From: an uncultured delta proteobacterium
Lineage (GTDB): Bacteria > Desulfobacterota > Binatia > UBA9968
Assembly (NCBI GenBank): GCA_963737905.1
Contig: CAVTUQ010000007.1
Coordinates: 320,001-384,000 of the forward strand
Length of the DNA: 64,000 nucleotides
Direction: 5' to 3'
The translations under genes were made by a program, and so were the position numbers. A model generated the notes under the pieces. The model was not told where the DNA came from, ran no database searches, and worked only from the letters and a program-made list of their open reading frames with translations. Positions 31,777-41,852 of this stretch are shown here, one piece after another. Positions within the stretch are counted from its first letter, which is position 1, and each line of letters opens with the position of its first letter.

Positions 31777-32059
31777 GATACATTTTCGACTTGAATAGCC
31801 TCTCCCGCGCGGTAAAACGCGTGGCGCCGGGCTGGAGCGGTACATCGTAAGGAGCCTCTCCGTCCTTGGCGCAGAGTTACGCCATTTCAAGCGGCTCATA
31901 GTTGTCCGTGAGCATAACTTCTTTGCGCTTTTCGACTCAGTTAGGAAGTACGAGGACATGGCCACGCAAATGTAATGTAAGCTGCCGACAGGAGGATCGC
32001 CAATCCCCTGCTCGCGTCCCAAAATCGATCATGTTTCATCAGGGACGCGCAATTTACCA

Positions 32060-32137
32060 CAGGATCGAACTGAACGCATCGGGCAAATCGTACAAATCGC
32101 ACAGGATTTGATCGTCGGAGAAATCAGTTCAATCCTG
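32060..32137. repeat. REP/MITE-like palindromic element (family C, most complete copy)
   Basis: 14-bp TIR CAGGAT(C/T)GAACTGA...TCAGTTCAATCCTG; relatives at 18979, 27433, 33259, 34326, 34666, 37733, 41931, 42055. Confidence 0.8.
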
Positions 32138-32162
32138 GCAGCGCAGCCTTAGTTTTCTGCCA

Positions 32163-33149
32163 TCACTTGATCACCTTATCCGCTCGGTACAGCACCGACT
32201 GCGGAATTGTCACGCCGATCTGCTTGGCGGTTTTCAGATTAATCACCAGTTCAAATTTCATGGGTAGTTCGATTGGCAAGTCGGCGGGTTTCCTTCCCTT
32301 GAGGAGCTTATCGACGTAAATCGCCGCGCGCTGATAAAGGTCAGCAAAGTTAATACCGTAAGCCATCAATCCGCCGTCTTCGACGAACTGGCGCGTCTGA
32401 TACATTGACGGTAGTCGAAGTTTGACCGCGAGCTCGGCGATCCGCCGTGAATTTCGCGTCATGATTGGCCCTCCGGTTATCAGCAGTGCATTGCGGTTAC
32501 GCGTTTTTAAATCATCAAAGGCGCGATCGATATCCCCGGCGCTCATGATCTCGTAAGTGTGGAGTTGCAGCCCAAGAGAATTGGCCCCCGTTTTCGCCTC
32601 TTCAAGTACAAAACCTCCGATCGTGCGAGCTTCGGGGTTCCACAGTAATGTCACGACACTGATCTTGGGGACGGCCTCTTTGAATAGCGCCAACCGCTTG
32701 CCCTCCATACCGGGGCCGGCGCTGCTTGAGAGACCGGTCAGGTTGCCCCCTGGCTGTGCCAGACTTTTGGCTAGACCCTGACGAACCAGGTCGCCGGCAC
32801 CAACGGATACAATAGGAGTTGTGCTGGTCACGTGGAGAACGGCGCGGTTAGCTGAAACGGTCGTCGTCAGAATAACGTCAAGATTGAGCGCAACGAGCTC
32901 TGCTGCCAGCGTTGGCAACGCGTCGTTCTTACCTTCCGCGTAGCGATAATCAATGACGATATTTTTGCCCTCGACGTAGCCCAGATCACGCAGTCCCTGG
33001 CGAAATGAGTCCAGGTGGGGTTGATCTTTAGAGCCGATGAAGAGAAAACCGATCCGCGGGATTTTCTTCGGCTGTTGCGCCTGGGCCATCACTCCAACAG
33101 CAAGCAGTACCGCTGCAACCAACATGGATGACCAACCAGTTGTTTTCAT
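32163..33149 (-). CDS. ABC transporter substrate-binding protein (ABC_sub_bind type)
   Basis: AQQPKKIPRIGFL, SLAQPGGNLTG, KPADLPIELPMKFELVINLKTAK. Confidence 0.95.
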   Translation of the reverse strand: MKTTGWSSMLVAAVLLAVGVMAQAQQPKKIPRIGFLFIGSKDQPHLDSFRQGLRDLGYVEGKNIVIDYRYAEGKNDALPTLAAELVALNLDVILTTTVSANRAVLHVTSTTPIVSVGAGDLVRQGLAKSLAQPGGNLTGLSSSAGPGMEGKRLALFKEAVPKISVVTLLWNPEARTIGGFVLEEAKTGANSLGLQLHTYEIMSAGDIDRAFDDLKTRNRNALLITGGPIMTRNSRRIAELAVKLRLPSMYQTRQFVEDGGLMAYGINFADLYQRAAIYVDKLLKGRKPADLPIELPMKFELVINLKTAKQIGVTIPQSVLYRADKVIK

Positions 33150-33258
33150 TGCGCACTTCACTGTTACGCTATTTATCACGAACATGGAAGCTGAGAAAAC
33201 TGTTGTTTACCGCGGAAGGCAAACCGGATTCGTCGAGGGCAAAAGTCCAAAATTCGAC

Positions 33259-33560
33259 GTAGGATTGAACTGAACGACGCTTCAGCGCAATTTGGGTTCA
33301 AACTCTGCGAGGGGCATTCCAATTTGTTTAAAGTCAGACTGAATCACTACCCACAGTCCCGCTCGTGGACCTCTCAATTTCAGGGGAGTAAGTCTACAAG
33401 TTTTAACGGGACATTTTGCACCTTGAATCAAGATTCTTAATCAACTAATTAGTTTAAAGGAGCTTTACGAATTGCGCATCGGTGTGAGGGTGACTACCTG
33501 GAGGAGATGTGCGATTTTTGGGAAGGGATCTGCGAGCCGGTCATCCACTACCTGATTTAA
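33259..33560 (+). repeat. Module copy M5 (palindrome half, full leader, internally deleted HTH/ORF80)
   Basis: Matches M0, M1 and M3. Confidence 0.9.
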
Positions 33561-33632
33561 ACGAGACGTTCGTCTTCACCAAAACGGCGGTTCTCGATTC
33601 AACTGAAAGCCCATGGCCATCCGCTCAGTTGC

Positions 33633-34055
33633 TCATCGCTTGCCTAGGCGGGAAGAGGAGGTTGAAGGCGTCCCAAAGCCGTACACGCTGAAATAGACGA
33701 TTGTGTAGAGGACAACCGTAGCATCCATAATGGCGCCGAGCCAAAAGCCCTCAGCATATGGGCGGCTGCCATTGGCTACCACGAGATAGACCATGAAGGC
33801 TTTCTCACAAGCGCTATAGATCAGAATCGGTTTCCGCCAGTCCGCCTGAAAGGCTGCGACGATCATGAAGATGCCCATCAGTCCCACCATGATGCCCCAG
33901 TGCTGCAGGATGATCGTGTACTCTTGGATGAACGCGATCTTCCCGATCGCCTCCACTGCCCACCGCGGCCAGAAGGCATAGAGGCTGGCCAACGCAGTTC
34001 CAGCCCCGGTGAGAACGAAGAAGGGGCGGAAAGTAAGATCGAAAAAGCGCTTCAT
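33633..34055 (-). CDS. Hypothetical membrane protein
   Basis: 140 aa, four hydrophobic segments. Confidence 0.7.
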   Translation of the reverse strand: MKRFFDLTFRPFFVLTGAGTALASLYAFWPRWAVEAIGKIAFIQEYTIILQHWGIMVGLMGIFMIVAAFQADWRKPILIYSACEKAFMVYLVVANGSRPYAEGFWLGAIMDATVVLYTIVYFSVYGFGTPSTSSSRLGKR

Positions 34056-34687
34056 ATCCTATGGTCGTCGCATGTGTCTCGATGGTCGGCATTCCGTCTT
34101 ATGGCCCGCGCGCCTATCGTCTCTCTAGTAAATAGCGGGAAACGTGTCTATTGGACTTTAGTCCAATATGCGGATAACTGGGCCTCGAATAGAAATTTTG
34201 ATCAAAATGAAGGCAAGGAGACGGTTCGAGAACGGAACTCTGAGGTGGCTACGCTCGCCGATTCCCGCGCGGTGCAGCAGCTGGAATTCCCACGTTAGCA
34301 GCCCAGCGCCTCTGACAAATTTATAAGGATTTGAACTGAACAACGCGTCTGGTGAATCTTACAGGATTTGGTCGATGGAGATCTCTAAACGGAACGACCG
34401 TGTCAACCCTGCGGCGATGAAAGTTTGTAAATTTTGTGCTTGCCAGTCAGAAAAAAACCTCCGCATTTCCTTTTAAACGCACGATCTCACTCAGACATGA
34501 CCTATGATATCCCCCTTTTTACCGAGCACCACCAGACTATTCGATCAACTTCGGGTAGCAACCCACACATCTCTTCGCGCCTCATTGAGCGCATGATCAC
34601 TCCTCCGGCGGTTTCTCCCTTACGACAAAACCGCCCATGAATGCCATTCCGTTTATGAGATCAATTCAGTTCAATCACAGGGGTAAC

Positions 34688-34773
34688 GGTTAACGTCCTG
34701 GTGAACCGGGGGCCAGCGACGAAGGTTGATGAAGCATAGCGCTTGTGGCCCGTTCATTCCACTGGAGTTAGTG
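34688..34773 (-). other. Degenerate attC-like site following a 3' gene remnant (34768-34910)
   Basis: Bottom strand CACTAAC...GGGCCACAAGCG...CGCTGGCCC...GTTAACC; stop of remnant ...LSPDGHAH* overlaps TAAC. Confidence 0.55.
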
Positions 34774-35163
34774 CGCGTGCCCATCAGGGCTCAACTTTCC
34801 AGAAATGATGTCAATCACGCGCTGCACCTCCTGGAATTCGGACTGCCCCATGTCGAAGATCACTTCGATTCTGTTGTTCCGATCTCTCGCAATTTCAAGA
34901 AGGAGGCGAGATGAACTGAACTCAATCGAACGTAAGTGAAAGTGCCCGATATGTCCCCATGTGATTCAAAGGTTGTACTCTCGCCGGCACTGACAATCCT
35001 CCAGGGCCACTAACGGCGCCCTGACCACTTTCACTTTTTGGAATAAGCAAGCGCAACTGTTCACCAACTCTTTCAACTAGCCCTGCTACGCTTTTACTCG
35101 AGGTAAGCACTGAGCTGCTTGGCGTCGTTGTACGCCTGCATCGCTTTAGCTGTTCGTGATCGA

Positions 35164-36315
35164 TCACGCGCCCAGCGCAGATCCGATCAACTTTGCAGAA
35201 GTGCGGATACCTGCCGTGAAGGCAAAAAAGGAGCCGAAGTCTTGGGTCGCGCACATGCTCGTAAAGAACAATCCTGGTAGGTTGCTCTGGAAATGCTCAT
35301 CTAGCACAGGGAAGCCGTTCCGGGTTTCGAGGCGCGCTAGGATGTTGCCTTTTGTCAGCAATGGAATTTGTTCCACATTCACCTTATAGCCTGTCGCTAA
35401 AATGATCTGGTCGGCCACGAATGCCGAGCCGTCTAAACTCACTTGAAGCTCACGATTGGGCAATTCCTTGCATCCGGTCACGTGCGACTGCGGAAATAGT
35501 TTAATAGCATCTGTACTGATTCGTGCTGCCAGCCATGGCTCCAATTTCAATCGTCCTTCTGCCCATAGCCGTTGATTGACCTGCTCCTTCTCCTCCACAG
35601 TCAAACGACGAAACCAGCTCGGATCTTCAACCATTGCATCCATAATCGGATTCACCCATGACCACTCCGATTGTTGGAAAACTGGAGTCGAGTGGCGATA
35701 AGACAGACTGACTGTGTCAGCGCCTTGTTCATTCAGTAGGGCCGCCCACTCAAATGCGCTTTGACGCCCGCCGATAACAAGCACGCGTTTGCCCTTCAAA
35801 AGCGCCAAATCCACCAAATCACACGTATGGGCGAAACGTCCAGGGGGAAATAAGGACGAATAAAATTCGGGCACATTCTTGAAGTAGCGGAAGCCCAGCG
35901 CGAGAACCACATTCCTGGCCGTCAAGATTTTCCCGTCCTGCAAGACAGCTTCGAAGAACGGGGGCGTGTCATGGACATAGTTGAGCTGTTGCACCCACGC
36001 GGGCAGGATCTCAATCCCTTTTTGCTTCACAAACCACTCGACGTAGCTCAGATAAAAGTCGAGCGCCAGCGGCTCAACCTCGACCGGTTTGAGGTTCCTG
36101 GTTTCGAGATAGCGTTCAAACGTATCCTCGTTGAATGGATCATAGTGCCAGTCGCAGGCGGAACGGAGGTACATGCCCTTCGGCATATTGGATTTCCAAA
36201 AATCCATCGTCTTGCCGAGGGCCATGTACTCGATGTGTTTGTGACGGGCATACGTCGCCATTGCCAGGCCATAAGGGCCAGCGCCGATGATAAGCAAGGG
36301 GAGGGGTCTTGCCAT
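35164..36315 (-). CDS. FAD/NAD(P)-binding oxidoreductase (flavin monooxygenase-like)
   Basis: IIGAGPYG, VIGGRQSA, ILATGY. Confidence 0.85.
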   Translation of the reverse strand: MARPLPLLIIGAGPYGLAMATYARHKHIEYMALGKTMDFWKSNMPKGMYLRSACDWHYDPFNEDTFERYLETRNLKPVEVEPLALDFYLSYVEWFVKQKGIEILPAWVQQLNYVHDTPPFFEAVLQDGKILTARNVVLALGFRYFKNVPEFYSSLFPPGRFAHTCDLVDLALLKGKRVLVIGGRQSAFEWAALLNEQGADTVSLSYRHSTPVFQQSEWSWVNPIMDAMVEDPSWFRRLTVEEKEQVNQRLWAEGRLKLEPWLAARISTDAIKLFPQSHVTGCKELPNRELQVSLDGSAFVADQIILATGYKVNVEQIPLLTKGNILARLETRNGFPVLDEHFQSNLPGLFFTSMCATQDFGSFFAFTAGIRTSAKLIGSALGA

Positions 36316-36331
36316 GGTTGTTTTCTCTTTT

Positions 36332-37531
36332 TCAGGTCTCGATGGCGATGGCGACGGCCTCACCGCCGCCCAAACAAAGCGCGGCTAGGCCACGCCGCAA
36401 ATAACGCTCGCGGAGTGCATGCACTAAAGTGACTAGCAGACGCGCGCCCGTGGCGCCGAGTGGATGGCCGAGCGCAATCGCACCGCCCTTGATATTGACC
36501 TTATCCCAATTCCAACCACTGTCCGCCAAAGCGTACCCATTCGCCAATATTTGTGCGGCAAATGCTTCGTTCAATTCGATCAAATCGACCTCATCGAGTG
36601 TCCAGCCAACCCGGGTCAGCAAACGCGGAATCGCTTTGGCCGGGGCATCGAAAATATATTTCGGTTCCACTGCCACCTGAGTATAACCAACAATGCGGGC
36701 CAGTGGTTGCGCGCCTGTGGCCTTGGCTTTCGCTTCGCTACCGATGACGAGCGCGCTGGCGGCATCGTTCAACCCTGGCGCATTGCCAGCCGTGACTCGA
36801 CCATCCGATCTGAAGGCCGGTGGAAGTTTAGCCAGTGCTTCTAGCGAGGTGTCGCGGCGCGGCCCTTCGTCCTGCTCCACTATGAAGGTTTCGCCTTTGC
36901 GTCCATTAATATGAACAGGAACGATTTCATCTTTGAATTTCCCACTCTCGATCGCGGTGATCGCTTTGCGATGACTCGACAGGGCATACTCATCCATTGC
37001 TTCGCGCGTCACTCCGTATTCGTCGGCAATAAATTCGGCTGCGTTGCCCATTGCCCAATCCTCGAAAGCGCACCATAACCCGTCCACGACCAACGCATCT
37101 TTGAGTTGGGCATGGCCGTAACGCAATTGGTTCAGATGCCTTTCGAGCAGATACGGCGCATTACTCATGCTTTCCACTCCGCCAACGACAAATACCTTGC
37201 CATCCCCAGCCCGGATTGCCTGGGTCGCGAGCATGGCGGCTTTGAGGCTCGCACCACAGACCTTATTCACAGTTGTCGCGCCGACACTGCTGGGCAGACC
37301 GCCTCGGATGGCGCACTGGCGTGCGATATTTTGACCCAAGCCGGCGGAGACGACATTGCCCATTAATAATTCGTCAATATCTTCGAGGTTGGGCACACCC
37401 GCTTGGGATACAGCGGCGCGCACAACCGCTGCACCCAACTGCACGGCGGACACTGAGGATAAAGCGCCTTGCAATCGCCCGATGGGGGTGCGGACTGCGC
37501 TCAAGATGAATGCTTGCGTTATCCCGTTCAT
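36332..37531 (-). CDS. Acetyl-CoA C-acetyltransferase (thiolase)
   Basis: NKVCGAS, NEAFA, GHPLGATG, LCLGGG. Confidence 0.95.
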   Translation of the reverse strand: MNGITQAFILSAVRTPIGRLQGALSSVSAVQLGAAVVRAAVSQAGVPNLEDIDELLMGNVVSAGLGQNIARQCAIRGGLPSSVGATTVNKVCGASLKAAMLATQAIRAGDGKVFVVGGVESMSNAPYLLERHLNQLRYGHAQLKDALVVDGLWCAFEDWAMGNAAEFIADEYGVTREAMDEYALSSHRKAITAIESGKFKDEIVPVHINGRKGETFIVEQDEGPRRDTSLEALAKLPPAFRSDGRVTAGNAPGLNDAASALVIGSEAKAKATGAQPLARIVGYTQVAVEPKYIFDAPAKAIPRLLTRVGWTLDEVDLIELNEAFAAQILANGYALADSGWNWDKVNIKGGAIALGHPLGATGARLLVTLVHALRERYLRRGLAALCLGGGEAVAIAIET

Positions 37532-37732
37532 ACTCACTCCGTTTTCATATCTCAGGCGTGTTGATCACTAACCCACTACTATTCGCGGCAGGCAATGCAC
37601 TTACAGTCGCTGGCTATATTCTAAAGCCAACGAGTAATGCTCCCGTACAGATTAAACCATAGATCCAGATCTCTGGCGATTGCCGCGAAACCGCTCAACC
37701 AATGAATACCTGCAAGGCACAACTGTACTCCA

Positions 37733-37799
37733 CAGGATTGAACTAACCGAGCCTCAGACAAATCTCACAGGATTTAGCCGATGGAGAAATCAGTTCAAT
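37733..37799. repeat. Family C palindromic element
   Basis: CAGGATTGAACT...AAATCTCACAGGATTT...TCAGTTCAAT. Confidence 0.8.
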
Positions 37800-37809
37800 T
37801 AGAAGCTTA

Positions 37810-37837
37810 ACGTCCGATATGAGGGATTAGTGCCACT
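37810..37837 (+). other. dif-like site, inverted relative to 18238
   Basis: ACGTCCGATAT-GAGGGA-TTAGTGCCACT: 9/11 to local XerC arm, 7/11 to local XerD arm. Confidence 0.55.
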
Positions 37838-37853
37838 CTTGGACGCCATGCCC

Positions 37854-39452
37854 TTAGCGCGAAGAACTAGACGGCCCAGAGCTGAGAGCTACAGCTATAC
37901 AGCCAATACCAGAAAGGCTACGAAGGATCTCGCCAGAGCCGCGAATGGGCAACCAAACCTCCATACCCTCGAATACACATGTGAGCCGGTAAGTTCTCTT
38001 CAGGGCTCCCCACATCCTGTCGTCCCACTTCCGAAGACCACGGTAGCGGTTACCCTCGTGGTCCTCGGCCTCTCCATTCCGAATGACAATGAGATCGTAC
38101 ATGCCCGCGTCTATTTGAGTTACAACAGGCCCGGAGTTCCATCGGCCTCGGAGTTCGAGAACCGAATTCAAATATGGGTCGGGAATCTCCGGGGTCATGC
38201 TGTGAACTGTCACGTCTGGAAGAGTCGACAGCAACCTTCGCCCGGACACCGTGGACACGAAAGACTCCCACTTCGTCTTGCGAACTTGATAGTCGCTAAC
38301 ATTCGCATAACTACTCCTCAGATACTCAACTTCTTGCCGCAGCATCGGCATAAACGCCTGCAGGAGCAATACAAAGAGCATCGCTATGACCAGTATCGGA
38401 GTGCGATTTGCCTTCCGTTGAAGTTCGCACAGTCCCGGCCCAGCCAGGACTGCCGAGGCCACTAATGGTTCCCAGAAGTAGTTTATGTTGCCTCCCACTT
38501 GCGGAATAGTGAGACTCGCCACGAGCCACGCGACAATACAGTAAATGAGAAAGAGGAGCCGTTCAGGAGCACGTTTCCACAGAGCTAAGAAACCACCTAT
38601 AGCAGCGAGAGGCACCACTGGTTGAGACGCGGCGTTCCAAAGTATGGATAACGCCCCCGAGAATTCAAGGACCGGGTGCCGAAGAGCCGCGATGTGTTTC
38701 AGCATCAGAGGCTCACGCCACCACACAATTGCATATCCACCGGCAACGGTCAGCGCAACACCTGTAGCCCAGAGGATAGCCTCCTTGTATCGCCGCTGGT
38801 AGAGAAGCCAGCTAACAATAGCGATCGGCACGGAGAAGAATGTCGGCTTAACGAGAAGTGCAATCCCGGCGCAGATTGCGGCACCGATCGCCTGCGGGCG
38901 CGCATTCGTGAGGAGGAACCAGTAAACACTCAAAAGCGACAATGCAAGTGCTAGGAAATCGCCTCGAATCTGAGTTGTCCAGAAAGCTAGCGGATGCGCA
39001 GACACGGCGAATAGGGCGCAAAGCCACGCGATGGGGCGCGAGCTGTACAGTCGTCTGCTGATCAGGAATATGAGTAAAACGCACAGGCACAGCGCGCACA
39101 CTATAACGAGTCGCACCAGCACCTGAGGAGTGATGCCAGCGGCTTGCGCCAGCCTATAAGGAACTGTAAGGAGGACATAAGTCAATGGCCCGTAAATAGT
39201 AACTAAATACGGAGGGCGATCACTGTCGGGATAGATATGACCAGAACGGATGACTTGCTCAATTCTAAGCAGAGTGGCGCTGTCCGGATAATCCACGTCT
39301 CTAAAGTTCGCCAGCCCGAGAGCCGTGCCAACTGCTGTACACAAGGCACCTGCCAGCAAGAGGGCAACCACCGATCCACTCAATAGCGACTTGCACCGCA
39401 GTGCTTTAATCACGCGCCCAGCAGTCCCACGCTTTATGCCGCATGTCGCCAC
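37854..39452 (-). CDS. Integral membrane GT-C (ArnT/PMT-like) glycosyltransferase-like protein
   Basis: Multiple TM segments, TIYGPL, IRGDFLA, LLVKPT. Confidence 0.7.
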   Translation of the reverse strand: MATCGIKRGTAGRVIKALRCKSLLSGSVVALLLAGALCTAVGTALGLANFRDVDYPDSATLLRIEQVIRSGHIYPDSDRPPYLVTIYGPLTYVLLTVPYRLAQAAGITPQVLVRLVIVCALCLCVLLIFLISRRLYSSRPIAWLCALFAVSAHPLAFWTTQIRGDFLALALSLLSVYWFLLTNARPQAIGAAICAGIALLVKPTFFSVPIAIVSWLLYQRRYKEAILWATGVALTVAGGYAIVWWREPLMLKHIAALRHPVLEFSGALSILWNAASQPVVPLAAIGGFLALWKRAPERLLFLIYCIVAWLVASLTIPQVGGNINYFWEPLVASAVLAGPGLCELQRKANRTPILVIAMLFVLLLQAFMPMLRQEVEYLRSSYANVSDYQVRKTKWESFVSTVSGRRLLSTLPDVTVHSMTPEIPDPYLNSVLELRGRWNSGPVVTQIDAGMYDLIVIRNGEAEDHEGNRYRGLRKWDDRMWGALKRTYRLTCVFEGMEVWLPIRGSGEILRSLSGIGCIAVALSSGPSSSSR

Positions 39453-39581
39453 ACTCCCAACAATTGACTCCTCCCGGTTGATACCCGAGGACCGAAGTGA
39501 GTTGTCGTGAAATCAGAAGTTTTTTTCATCGCCACTTAAACCTAAACGCGCGTAAATCGGAAGATGTACTTTGCATGGCCA

Positions 39582-40328
39582 CTATAATAGCCTGCTAGCT
39601 GCCGATTCTGGGCCATTTGGAATCGTCGTAAGTCGCCAGACAGCAATGATCGTTTTGCCAACGGAATATAGGAACAGCCTGTCAAAAACTCGCGAAATTG
39701 GGACGACCCAGCGATCCCAGAATCGAAGTTGAGATCTGGTCGGCATGGATTGCCGGAGCAATAGCCTGTTGGCGGCCGACAAGATCAAGCCGGCGCAATC
39801 CAGATATTGCATTCGTTCGAGTCGGAGCCTTGCAGGCGAAATCGCTCGCAGCATCGGGCGATTGTAACGCCGAAAGTGCCCGATGGCAGCATCAAACGGA
39901 GAAAAGAGGCGCTGGTGCGCGGGCGATAGGACGATGAGGTGACCGCCAGGCTGAAGGTGCGATGCCGCTTGATTCAGTTCTTCACGGTCGTTGTCGATGT
40001 GCTCCAAGACGTCAATGTAGATGATCGTATCGAACTTCTGGTCGGCCAGCGATTCTAATGTTCCGCAGACAGTTTCGTACGTGCGCCGTGGTTCCGTTTC
40101 TGCTAAATTCTTGCCTAACTGGACGATGAGTTCAGGATCGGGCTCCAGGCAAACCCACCGACCAGGGCCGGCGGGATCGAGAAATCTGGTGTTCGATCCA
40201 ATTCCGGCGCCCACTTCGAGAATATCGCCCACGAGAAACGGTCGTATCTGCCGGGACCAGTATGCCTTCCAGTTCCATACGGCAGCGAACAGGTGCAATT
40301 CTGAGCCAACATCCTTGAATTCACTCAT
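39582..40328 (-). CDS. Class I SAM-dependent methyltransferase
   Basis: ILEVGAGIG, DVLEHI, GHFRRY. Confidence 0.9.
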   Translation of the reverse strand: MSEFKDVGSELHLFAAVWNWKAYWSRQIRPFLVGDILEVGAGIGSNTRFLDPAGPGRWVCLEPDPELIVQLGKNLAETEPRRTYETVCGTLESLADQKFDTIIYIDVLEHIDNDREELNQAASHLQPGGHLIVLSPAHQRLFSPFDAAIGHFRRYNRPMLRAISPARLRLERMQYLDCAGLILSAANRLLLRQSMPTRSQLRFWDRWVVPISRVFDRLFLYSVGKTIIAVWRLTTIPNGPESAASRLL

Positions 40329-41301
40329 GAGAATAGATGTCTATGGCCCCTTCCACAAAAAATGAGTAATCCCGGAGAGGCACAAAGCCCAGGCTCGCCC
40401 TGTTGGAAAGCAGAAAGAATGCAAAGCTCGTCGCAATCGTGACCAACTGAATCACGACAATGGCGAGGATGCCGGTTGTATAGGTAGCCCACCCAGGTAT
40501 TGCCGGGTTGGTAAAGAGCCGGATCATGGTGATGAGAACCATTCCAAAGCCAGCCAGGAAGGAACCGGCTAAAGAACCGATCAGAAGACGCACGCCGACA
40601 ATGTCTCCGAACACCGAGAAGGCGCTGAGACCGTGGCAAACCAAAGCGACGAAGTTCATCCCGGAAGTTCCCGCGATCCGGGTTCCCCTGGCAATTGGGA
40701 TCATCGTAAAGGGAAGTTTACTTCTATATACAGCAGCAGCGTAATGATTCCACAGTTCGCTCATCACGACGAGCGTATTCAGGTACCGGAAGGGCAGAAT
40801 ACTGAAGTTTCCTACTTTTACACCGATGCCCGTCAGGCATCGATGCAGGAATTTGTAGAGATAATAAAAACATCGAAACACAAGAGACTCCGACCGGCGG
40901 CTCCGTTCCGCAAAAATGGCCTTTCCACCGTGGGTGTCCGAATAGGCGCGTAGAAGCTGTGCCACGCCCTCTGGTGTATCCTCTCCATCGGCATCCATCA
41001 CAATCACGGCGTCGCAGCTGGTGGTTTGCTGAACGTGGACAAGCCCAATTGCGATTGCCCGCTGGTGGCCAAGATTGCGGCGTAGACGCAGAGTCCGGAT
41101 GGCTCGCACAATTGAGAAGCCAATTTGGAAGTCGTTGCGATCGCACTTCTGCACCGAGCCATCATCGACCAGGAGAATCTCCATCGTGCACGTATCGGAA
41201 GAAATGGCTTTGTCAAGCCGCCGGATTAGTTCCGCGGCAGAGGGCCAGTCGTCTCGGAGCGGCATTAGCACTATCAGGCGCAACGGTGGATGTTGAGTCA
41301 T
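40321..41301 (-). CDS. GT2 glycosyltransferase (polyprenol-phosphate type, GtrB/ArnC-like)
   Basis: VDDGS, NLGHQRAI, MDADGED, two C-terminal TM helices. Confidence 0.9.
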   Translation of the reverse strand: MTQHPPLRLIVLMPLRDDWPSAAELIRRLDKAISSDTCTMEILLVDDGSVQKCDRNDFQIGFSIVRAIRTLRLRRNLGHQRAIAIGLVHVQQTTSCDAVIVMDADGEDTPEGVAQLLRAYSDTHGGKAIFAERSRRSESLVFRCFYYLYKFLHRCLTGIGVKVGNFSILPFRYLNTLVVMSELWNHYAAAVYRSKLPFTMIPIARGTRIAGTSGMNFVALVCHGLSAFSVFGDIVGVRLLIGSLAGSFLAGFGMVLITMIRLFTNPAIPGWATYTTGILAIVVIQLVTIATSFAFFLLSNRASLGFVPLRDYSFFVEGAIDIYSHE

Positions 41302-41719
41302 GTTGTACTTTCCAGGCGGCGGGGTTGAGAAATGCGATGTGCCGCCATTAAATCAGCCCTGGCGCAGTTAGGTCAAATCGCAATGCTCGTCGAGCGAAAT
41401 ATCAACCTACCCTTCGGTCGTAGAGATTCGGGCCAAGCCTTAAAGGACAAAGCAAATGTGTGGCCGCATCACAGCAACCTTCGAGTTTAGTGACATCCGG
41501 GGTTCGCTGGAACCTCGACCGCGACCTGCCGAAGTACACGCCGCGCTTTAAAGTCGCCCGAGACTTCGCCCAAAATTCCCGTCATTGTCCGGCGCAAGGG
41601 CAGCAGGGAGTGCAGGCTTATGCACTGGGGTTGATTTCGCATTGGGCCGCAGATCCTCAATCATATGATAAACTCCCGGCTCTTTTAGACCCTGCTGCAA
41701 TGCCTCAAGCCGGAGAGCT

Positions 41720-41852
41720 CGGGAAGAAGCAGGGGGTAAGCGTTAAAAAAACTATTCGAGGAATCTCTTTTTGCTGCTGCGCCTCGGCTATCACTCCAAC
41801 AGCAAGCAACGCCACTGCAACAAGGATTGACGGCACCGCAGCCTTCTTCATT
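41720..41852 (-). pseudogene. 5' stub of an ABC SBP paralog of 32163..33149
   Basis: MKKAAVPSILVAVALLAVGVIAEAQQQK then frameshift into IPRIVFL. Confidence 0.75.

Noticed and set aside
37805-37825. attC at GTTAAGC downstream of the GT-C gene
   Set aside because: No matching R''/L'' half found; sequence fits a dif-like site better
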